Assembly (NCBI GenBank): GCA_044892525.1
Contig: CM097885.1
Location: 28,398,001 to 28,462,000 of the forward strand
From: Schmidtea polychroa
Taxonomy: Eukaryota
Length of the DNA: 64,000 nucleotides
Direction of reading: 5' to 3'
Within the stretch, counting starts at the first letter, position 1; each line of letters begins with the position of its first letter. The notes under the pieces are model-generated. The model was not told the DNA's origin. It searched no databases and was given only the letters and a program-made list of their open reading frames with translations. The position numbers and the translations under genes were made by a program. This document shows positions 53,104-64,000 of the stretch, piece by piece.

Positions 53104-56100
53104 TTTAGAAATTTGTGACATACTTATAAGGGGTCTAGGATTTGTGACATAGAGTGACTTTTATTGTATGTATGTTGACTTCAAAATGACATCAATATTG
53201 TATTGTGAATTTGCTATGATGACGTCATCCGTGACTTTTTAAGCGTCAACTGGTAAGTGCAAAAAGAATGCCTACCTATCTCTGGATACAAACTATTTAG
53301 ACTGCTTAAAATAGGTTCTATACGTTTGCTATTACACATACATATATGTAGGCATGAAATGGTTTTGGCGGGGGAGTAGTTGAAATTTTATATGGACCAG
53401 GAAAAGACGGAATAGTAAATTTGGCACGAATTCGATTAATCTTGTCAGTGAAGAATTCACAGAATGCGTTAGCAAGAAAAGATGTATCAGGCTGGTCAGG
53501 AAGAGACTATGTGGTGGTGTGGTGTAAAATAGAATTCCTGGCTTTCCAGAGTGAGTGGGGACAAGTGTATAAATGTTGATGGGGAGTAAAACTTCTGGAA
53601 ACAGTGTGTTTTTGTTTACTCGGTGTTTACACGGTTCTATTGACGGGGGCCCTTTTGACAGGGGTCGCTTTTGCCAAGGGCCCTTATATCAGAGACACTT
53701 TTGTCGGGGGCAGTTTTGACAGATCACCTTTTTAGTTCCATACTCTAACAACTGAGAAGGATGCATATATGATAAACGGGCACCACGACAAAACATTCCA
53801 ACAAAATTCTGATTAGTGAATTGGATGAGAAAGTCGAACAACAAAACGACATACAATGTAAATATTGATTTTAATAGCGATTTTGTCGGTTAACAAAAAA
53901 GCACGCTAAATGACATTGAAATATTTCCTTATATTTGGAATTTATTAAACTATTTTCTGTATTAATTTTAATACAAATAACTATTTTGTTTTTTCTTGTT
54001 TTTTGTAAATATCATAGTTTAAAATTTACATTACACTACTGACAAATTCACCCCAGCGTTTAATTTATGAAACATGGCAAAGCTAATAGTTTATATTACC
54101 AAAATAAATATTCATATTAATCAAAACTATAAAATAAATATTTCTTGTTTAATTTCTAATTGAGATAGAAATTTTTGAGAAAGAATTTACTGTTTATAAT
54201 TTTTATATTTTTTCAATAAACTTCCTTAAAAGAATGCTTCATTTAAACAGTATTTTCCAACTAAATTATTCTTTATAAAATATTCTAAATGAAATATTTT
54301 AATAATTAATGCCGTGAATAATTTAGACATTTGCAAAGGTAAATTTTCAAAGTAAAAATTATCCTTGAGTAGTACTCTTTGTACACTGGGTTAGAGTGAT
54401 TAACTTTCATTGATGTCAATTTTTTTCTTTATATTTTTCCTGTAATTATTTTTACTTTATAAATATAAAATAGAAAAATATGCATTTATATATTTATTAT
54501 CTTTATAACTCGATTTTTTCCAAAAATTCAAAAATTCAAACCCATTTTTATTCATTAAAATTAATTTTATTCATTCTGTTATTACAACGCTTGGCTATAT
54601 ACAATATATATTTATTTTTGAATTTTTGATTATTTTTCTCCCTAAAAAAGCTTAGGTATTTTTTCTCAAAAAAAACCTAGAAATACTTTCTCGCTACAAA
54701 AGTATAAAAATAAATTTTCAATGAAAAAGTATTATGTGATAAAAAACATTAAAATTTATTTTTAATTGAAAAATCTCAGGTAAGTTTTAAGATTATAAGA
54801 ACTTTTTTTTCCTTGAATTCACTTGAAAAAATTTCGTAAATATCGAAAACATCGATATATTTACTGATTTATAGTCATCAAGCTTTTTAATAAATATAAT
54901 TTTTAAAATTTTTTAAATTTGCAATTTAAAAAACTCTAAATATTTTTCACGATTAAAAATCAAATTAATTTTTCTGGATCCTGAGACTTATTTTGGTTTG
55001 AGTATATTCTATAAGTTTTTTAAATTCATTATAGTTTCACACATTTTTGTACATAATTTTAGTGCTAATATTTTTTGAATAAGATTGAATGTATTGATTA
55101 AAATTGATAAGTAATTATTAAATTTAAGCAAAATAAAGTATTTAAAATTTAGTGATAATTACTTTACTTATTTAAAAATTTTTAATTTACTTATTTAATT
55201 TTATTTATTTTAACTTTAAATTATTATTTATTTCAAAATTATCACTCATTCACGTTAATTTCTCTGACGACATTGTTTTTTCATTAATTTACTTTACATT
55301 AATTTACTTTTTTAATTAATATTTTAAATTAATATAATTAATATAAAAATTGTCAATTAAATAAAATTATATTGTTTCAATTAAAAATTAACCCCAAACA
55401 GTAATTGTCAAATATATCAATAAATTTTTTCATCCATATTTGGTATTCAAAAAGTGACAACCAATCAAAATCTCACAAATCTTGCAAATGTCACTTTAAT
55501 TATTTCACCTTTTAAACCATTTACAACTTTTTATTATCTATTAATAATACTTTCTTATTTTCTTAATTTTCTAATTTATTATTACAAACCATGATAGGAA
55601 AAACTTTTTCTGTCTATTTTACATCAATATCTAAAATGACCGGTGATTTACCGACATATAAAATTTACGAATATTGTTACGTAAAATAATAATTTCAAAT
55701 TAAAATCTCATCTTTTCCAGGTTAAATATTAGGTGAAATTAATATAGACATTTGCTTTTCACATTTTGTCATATATTATATATAGCAATCCCAGTAGAAT
55801 ATTCACGGGGAAGGCAAGGAAAATATATGAATAAACAATTTTGAAGACAGAATGAAAATTTTATTTAGTTACGATAAAATAAAAATTTAAAATTGTTAAA
55901 GATTTTAATATTTTTAATTTGATTTTTTTTCAAAAACATTGAATTTGAAAAAATGAAATAAATAAAATTGAAATCTAAAATAACTCAATTTATAGAAGAA
56001 GTCAAGGAAAAAATAACTGACAAATATTCAGACAGTTGTGGAAAACTGCAACTTTTCTAATTTATTTTAATGAGTTCTTAATAGTAAATGTCTTTTTGTT

Positions 56101-57709
56101 TATATTCTCAATTTAAAATAAATTTCTATAAACTCTATAATTAAATCAATTAGATTTGTTGATTTACTATATGAAAACAAATGAATATTTTGTGTTTATT
56201 GAAACAAAAAAATTATCCCATTTCCTTACTAACTGACACTTTATAGACAGGACGTTGAAAACGCTAAAATGATTTTATTCATCATTTTATTGTTAAATGG
56301 AAAAATATATTTATAATTTTATATAATAATTGAATTAGAACATTTTTACTGTCTTAATATTATATTTCATGTTATATTATTCACTGTATTGTCATATAAA
56401 TTAAAAAATGATATTCAAAATTCAAATTTTAAAAAATTTCTTAAAACTTTTTTATGAATAAAAATTTTTTCAAAAATAAATTAACTTTTAGTATGTTGCG
56501 CTTCATACGACAAGTATTTTTCATCAACAAACTATATCTCTAAAATGAAATAGTAAAAAGATAAATAGTTGTTAATGTCTTTATCAGTCATGATTCTGTT
56601 AATCATGCCATATTAATACTTAGTAAAATTAATAACAAATTTCATGGTAATAAATTTATTTAAATGATAAAATAATTCAAAATAAATCATGGAAATTTAA
56701 ATATTGATGATTTGTTTATCAATTTTTATGATACTAATTTCGTTCCATGGACCGATGACTTATTTTTCCAACTTTTTCATTACAAAATTGAACTGATAAA
56801 ATTGAACATTAAAATTAATATTATTATTAATTTTTTATTTAATTATTATTACATATAATTTTTAATATTATTATTATTGTAATAATAATTTTTTATTTTT
56901 AATATTAAGTTTTTATATATTTTTATTATATTATTACTATTGTTTCAAGTAAATGCATATTACTAAATTAATTAACTATTAAGTAGATATTTTTTGAAAC
57001 CATACTGATTTTTGTATGAAGGTACTGCCACGTTCGACATTATCATAATCGATATTTGTAACAGAAGTTCGGTTCATTGAAGCTTGGGGCTTATTAAAGG
57101 CTAAATCCATCAAAAATATTTAATTTACCCTATAGACATTACTTCGTGTTTGTTGAAAAATACTTATTTTAATAGTTTTATCGGGAAGGAATCAAATTAT
57201 TTTTTATAAGGTAAAGTAAATTCGGTTTTTGAAATCGTGGTTATTTTCACGGAACATTCAACAAAATCTTGAGTTATACAAGTATCAATTAGCAAATTCT
57301 TAAGCAATTAATGTTTATTTGTTAGAAATATATATGATTTATGTACATTAGTTAAATATTCCAGGACAATTATGTCACAAATATTTTAAAATTAAATAAG
57401 AAAATAAAAATGATTTAATTTTATATTTTATAAAACAATAAATTACAGGAAAATGGAAAATCGTTATTTTGATTTTAATGATGTTATTATTTATTTTGAA
57501 ATGTAAACAAGTAACGAATTAAAACAAAAAATAATCGCTTGTAATAAATAATTTGAGAAAATAAATCATTATTGGAAATACTTGAAAGATAATCTGTCAC
57601 ACATAAAACGCCCATATTATTTGTTTAGAAAATAAAAAAATCAATTTACTTTTATTAATAAATGATTGAAATTGAGTTGCAGATAATTGAAAACATTAAA
57701 CTAGTAACA

Positions 57710-57865
<156 letters not shown>

Positions 57866-58389
57866 TAAAAGTAAAGACAGTCAATTAAATATTAAATTAT
57901 TAAATTACCTAAAGTGTCAACAAATTTTTGATGATGAAATGGAAACAGACGATACTTAAAAATATAAAAACTTGTAAAATTCCCTAATAGCTTTGGATAA
58001 AAAACATTATCTAATTTCATATTTTAAATTTTTCATGAATGTTTCATTTATTTTCCAATGAATTTTTGAAATGAATTTCTTTTTAATTTCGTTTTCTCAT
58101 TTTTATATTATTTGAAATTTTATTGTCATTAAAAATCATAAAACCCAATTAATGCACGTTTTTCAAGAATTATCAAGAATAATAACTCTACTAATTGATA
58201 ATTACAAATTAAATGAATTTTTATAGAACTGTAATTTATTTCATTTTTTAGTTTTAACAATAAATAAAATAATTTTCTTTGTCAAATCAAGATTATTACA
58301 AATAATTTGTCAATTTGAGCGTTATGTTTCTGAATTATTTATCCATTTATTGTTTTCTTTATCATTATTGTTTTATTTGGAAAATCAAA

Positions 58390-59096
58390 TTTTAAATTTG
58401 TAGAAGTTGTTTTGGTTTATTTTGTTATTCCCAGCTGTAAAATATACATCAAAGGTTTTCAGCATGAAAAGAAAATAATATGTGGCAATTGTTCTCAGCT
58501 GGGGCTCTTCTTCTACCATATGAAACGAATGTCTCGAAGTTTATGAAAAACATTCCTGACTAAAATCAGAAATTATTATCAATCAAAAGGACCATTGACG
58601 ACTCACTTTCTTCAGTGATTTCCAAAATGGTGGCAAAAGATGGCTTGCCTTTCTAACAGCACGTGAAAAATGAATTTGGGTAAGAAATATGTTTTATTTT
58701 GGATAGTAGGACAAGATGGAACAATTAAAATCAGGTACCAGAAAGAGTCTTAATGATTTAAAAATTGATATGTCTTTTTCAGGAAATGAAGTTGATTTTA
58801 TTAACTCGATGATATCAGCAGGGGTGACATGCACAAAAATAAAATCCAGGTTTAGTGATACCACAATAGATACAATCTGTCTGCTCCGTGCATATTTCAA
58901 TGCACAAAAAGATTTTCTAATAGATATTTAAAAGATTTTTTTAATGTTTTTGTCTTGTTTTATTACTATTGAATAAATTAATGTAAATGTATTTCTATAA
59001 TTTTTAATTTAAAAGAATTTACCGGTGAAACGGTTTTTATTATAAATATTTACCGTTTACCAGTAAGAGCAAAACTCGGTAATTTTGCATTCTCTA
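58390..59096 (+). mobile_element. Highly deleted hAT remnant related to the 28-kb hAT
   Basis: DSLSSVISKMVAKDGLPF fragment (~58599) and SAGVTCTKIKSRFSDTTIDTICLLRAYF; terminus GGTAATTTTGCATTCTCTA ends at 59096 with TACCG subterminal repeats. Confidence 0.65.
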
Positions 59097-59879
59097 ATTT
59101 AAACAAACGAATAGAAGAAATAATAAATTCGCCAACACGATTCCTATAGTAAAAATTGCAAACATGATTGCCAAAATATTTTGCAATGCAAAATATTAAT
59201 TTTTGAATTATATCTATATCAATTATGTAAGAATTAAGACGACACATGGAAATTTTCCTTTTCCAAGAAAAAATTATTTTCCTGAAAATAATAATGAACT
59301 ATTTTAGTTTTTATTTAGAATTATAAAAATAATAATATCAAAGAATTCCCGATTTTTATAAAAAATCAAAAAAAAACATAATTGCGTTTCGAAAAATTTT
59401 AGAATTTTTATTGTTATTTAAAAACCTTATTAATATTTTTGATTTTTTATAAACTCCTAAATCTTTCTCGTATGTTTATATTGAAATTTTATGTATAGCA
59501 GCAGTTTAAATGTTTTTAATAAAAAGAAATCGTATCATGCATGAATATGATAATCATAAAGCAAAGTTAGTAAAACATAAAGATTTGAGAGATAATTTTA
59601 AATATTTATAAAGATTTTAAAATCGCTAAACATTTCTATGAAATATTTTAATTTTAATATCTTAAATGTTTTTAAGTAAGTAATTAAGTTTTACTAAATC
59701 TTAAACTAAATAATTTATAAATGTAATTAACTTTTAACTAAAAATATTTTTAGGTTTTTAAGCTTTTTCAGGATACTTGTGATGAACATTAAATTTAATG
59801 GATTTGAAATATTAATTTAAGAATAAATGCCGGAAAGATGCAAATTTTACTTAGAGGAAATATGAATATTTTTTTTTCG

Positions 59880-59881
<2 letters not shown>

Positions 59882-59918
<37 letters not shown>
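59882..59918. repeat. (TA)n microsatellite
   Basis: Direct reading. Confidence 0.9.
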
Positions 59919-59920
<2 letters not shown>

Positions 59921-62900
59921 AGATATCTTGCGGATTATTAAAATATAATTTTACTAATATAATTACATGCATTTTCAATATGTGTCTTAAAGTCACATCT
60001 TGGCGTTTTACGTAAGTATATCAACCTGGTAATAATAGGGTTAAAATGTAATTAAATAAAGGAAAATTAGAGATTTAATGATAATATTATTAAAAATCTA
60101 CAAATAATTAAATTGTTAACATAAAACAATTAAAATATCATATATTATAAATTAGATGAAATTAAATAAAATTTTTGTCTGGGATTTTCAATATAATTTT
60201 TCAAATATTAATTTATTTATTATTAATAATAATAATAAAAATAATAATAACAATATTAATAAAAATAGAAATTTTAACTTCTAAATTTTATCAAGTTAAA
60301 AAGATCAGTGGTATACATAATTTATTTTGTTGTCATAGTTAAAACAATACATCAACCTATCAAAAATAGTACTTTAATCAGAAGATCTGTAGAATAAATT
60401 CATAACCAAGAACGATAATAAAAATGATAGCAGTTGAATATTTTTAATTATCATCAGTATTAGGGAAAGACTTTGTTGATTAAGAAAAATGATGTGTCAC
60501 TAAGAAGTCTAAAAATTATCAAACCCATTCAGATCAAGTAATGTAATTCGGATTAAGTAAATTAGTCCACAAAGTTAATTGCATAATAAATAATTAAATA
60601 ACTTTAAAGCGTAGTCGTTAAATAAAAACCTAAATAAAAATTTTACTTAAAATCACTATCTCAACCTTTAAATATATTTTAAATTTATGAAATTATTTAT
60701 TTAATATTTTACAATAAATGTTTAGGTAGAATTTAAGAATTCAAAATTTTGAATCAGTGAAGGAAGTTCTTAGATAAAAGTAAATACTTTGAAAAAATTT
60801 TTATTGAAGTCAAAAATGAAATATATTAATTTTCAATGGAAAGCTCATTGTGATAGAAAAAACTCATTGAAGAAGGAATTGAGAATCTTTATAGAACAAT
60901 AAGAATTCCACTGAATAGGAAAATATCTACTAAAAATGCGGATATCCACTGAACAAGTGACTATCCACTGCAAATGGGTATTTCTATTGAAAAAGGAAAA
61001 TTTCCACTTTAAAAGGGAATATCCACTGAAGATGAGTAATTTCTCAGTCGACAGCACTTTTTAAAAATCTACTATTTATTTTAAATTATAACCCTAATTT
61101 TAAATACTTTATTTTACTTTATACGTATTTTTTAATCAGTTCACACAATCTTATTCAACCTAAACATCGTGAGACTATATTTATCTATAAAAAAAATATT
61201 GGAACTAAAATTATGTATAAAACTGTGTGAAACTATAATGAATTTATAAAACTTATAGAATTTACTGAGATCAAAATAAGGCTCATCATTATTAAAGCAT
61301 ATTGATTCAGAAAAATTATTTTGATTTTTAATCGTGAATTACCATATTTTTTTCAATTAAAATTAAATTTTAATGTATTTTAGCGAAAAAATATTTAGGC
61401 TTTTTTAAGGTGAATTTTTATAGGCTTTTCAATTGAGACTAAAACCCCTCTGACTATAGTGTGAGTTTCAGATTGACATTCAACCTAAAAATAATAATAA
61501 TTATAAAAATTATTTAATATTAAAAATAAATATTAATTTAAAAATTAATATTAAAATTAATTTATTTCATTTAAACAAATAATTTTAAATAATCCCACTG
61601 GGCAAAGTCCTCAAGGTCTTCCACGGTTATATTATCTATATAGTTTGTTATTCTACAATTTGATGCTAATTGTATTTTGATATTTAATATGCGTGTTATG
61701 TACCAAGGAAAATCAGCAGAGTCATCGTTAAAAAACTGTGGCGGGACAACATGAGGTATGCTTAGTGAAGTAATTATTCTTAACAATGAAAATTAAAGAA
61801 TAAAACTAATTAGAATCAAAATAACGCTTTCAATAGTACTTTGATTCAATAAAAAGGAAAAAAAAATAACCACAGTTGGCGATTGTTAACGGTTAATGTC
61901 TTTTGTGATTTCGGATTAACAGCTGGTTAGAGTTGAAATTCCCATTAGGAATTTTATCTTATTAATTTTATTATTAGCACTATTTTTCTATTTTTAAAAT
62001 ATTTAAAAAATTGATTTATTTATTTAATTAATTTTTTTCTTAAGGTAATTTGTCTTTACAGTAAATTTTTATTTTACTTTAGAGAATTCATTAAGTGTTT
62101 GATTGGTTATAATAAAAGTACACATTAAAATAATATATATGTATGTAAATAATAATAAAGACACAAGTAAAATAATAATAAAAACTAATCTCACAGCAAA
62201 ATTTTATACATGTAGCATTACTGATTAAAATTAGGTATTTTTTGTGTCCCTTTGACTTGTTTTAAAATTTTTTTTATTTCATTTATTTTCAGTAAGTCTT
62301 CATTATTTATTTTTATATTTTTAGTTTTAGGAATTATAATTATAATTTAAATAAATCTTATTTATCAATGAAATTAATTATGAAGTAATTTTTTTAGATT
62401 TGAATAAAATTTTCTTACTTTTGGCATTTCCTTTTAATAATTTGTTTTTCAAAATTTTTCTTTAAATTTTGCTGAATTTAAAGTTTGTTTACAGAATTTC
62501 ATTTACCAAAATATCACGAAAAAAAAGTTTTGAAAACTGTTAAAAGAAATAATTAATGTTAAATAATTTTAACACGAAACGTTGTAAATATAAGGGACTT
62601 GACATGGATTATAAAACATATATTTTTAGAAACATTAAATTATTTATTCATTACATAAATTATGACTATTAAAACAACCATCATCATTAAACAATTCGCA
62701 ATAAATTATAATAAATTCTGCATAAAATATTTCTATGTTAAAATTGAAATTTAATAATTCCGCCAGGTTAGGAAAATATAAATTATTATGTATTCAATCA
62801 ACATGAATTATTATTTTTAATTACTTAGCAATTATTATGCAGTGATTGTATAATATCATATAATTTGACAGAACATTGTTTAACTTGTTCAAGGGTTCTC

Positions 62901-63136
62901 CAAAATGAATGGCTTTGTCGAGGGTAAGGGCATGCACCTACTTGTCTGCCTTTTGTTAAAGATGTATACTAATATCTAAGCATAATAAACAAATCTTCAA
63001 TTTTCTATTTGAAATTTTATTTTTTATATTTATGAATTATAGAATTTTCTAAGTGGAAAAACAAAAAAATTCATTTATTTTAAGAATTACTATAAATAAT
63101 AAGAAAACAATTTATATGACTATAAATTTACTATTG

Positions 63137-63320
<184 letters not shown>

Positions 63321-64000
63321 ATTCCTGTTGGAGTTATGCAAAAGATACAAAATAAAAAATATTAAATTTTACAAATTTACAAAATTAATTAAAAATTTTG
63401 AAAAGATAAAAATCAATATTTTTCTGGGGAAAGTGGTAAATGGTGACATATGAAATTCTGAAGACGAATAAAATAATTTCAATTTCATCAGAGGTATTTA
63501 ATTAAGTTTCAACGAAAGCCGCTAATCAAAGGATATCCAGCTGATTGTCAGATCAATATGTTGTCGGGAATTAGAAGAATCAGCAGTGAAGCTTTCAGCC
63601 GGCTGATGGACAAATTAAAGACCACTAAAATATTATATAATCAGAAAACAAAAAACAGAAAACGCCAGTTGGTTGAAGAGAAAATTGTTAAAGAAAAATT
63701 ATTAAATTAAAGACAGAGAATGAGTCGAGGAGTGATTTCGGGAAAATAAATAAACAATATTGTTTTGTTTTAACAGTAATACCCATCGGGCATTTTTGCA
63801 CATTGTTAAACGTTATAATTGATTTGAATAGTTTGGAAATAAATATTTTGTTGGAATTTGAGTTTTATTCTTTTGATTGCGGAACACGAGAAGTCGGATT
63901 GAGATTTAGTTCCATCTACAAACATTTAAATATCCCAACATTATTTTTATTATTATTTATTATTATTATGTATTATTATTTACTATTAATTATTATTATT

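Larger units (their letters stand above)
49610..53728. mobile_element. Old Mutator/foldback-like element defined by ~100-bp imperfect inverted repeats (49610-49708 and ~53625-53728)
   Basis: GCCCCCGACAAAAGGGCCTCTGATATAAGGACCCTTGGCAAAA vs TTTTGCCAAGGGCCCTTATATCAGAGACACTTTTGTCGGGGGC; built of ~19-bp subrepeats; no TSD recognised. Confidence 0.5.

Noticed and set aside
61571..61786. Protein-like 71-aa minus-strand ORF as a host exon
   Set aside because: Plausible composition but no recognisable homology or clear acceptor site; needs RNA-seq.

Overview
Very AT-rich, repeat-dominated eukaryotic DNA with long (TAA)n tracts; an invertebrate such as a planarian-type flatworm is a guess. No host gene could be supported. 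Two structures dominate. (1) A nearly complete Polinton/Maverick (adintovirus-like) element at 29446-44188 (14,743 bp, AGTAGT...ACTACT termini, 6-bp TSD ATCTTT), inserted into a hAT transposase. It encodes major capsid, a Zn-finger/PLA2/integrase fusion, packaging ATPase, an adenovirus pX-like core protein, adenain-like protease, penton, a fiber-like protein, a membrane protein and pPolB. It also carries three tRNA-like Pol III units reminiscent of adenoviral VA RNAs. (2) 2.7 kb upstream, a non-coding giant palindrome at 12075-26743 (14,669 bp, ~6.8-kb inverted arms built from minisatellites) with Polinton-type AGTAG...CTACT termini, a 6-bp TSD (GAAGTG) and almost the same length as the coding element. 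It is a candidate non-autonomous, snap-back or satellite parasite of the Polinton. The rest holds decayed hAT elements, a Penelope-like relic, an internally deleted Gypsy LTR element nested between Mutator-like inverted repeats, a MITE and microsatellites.
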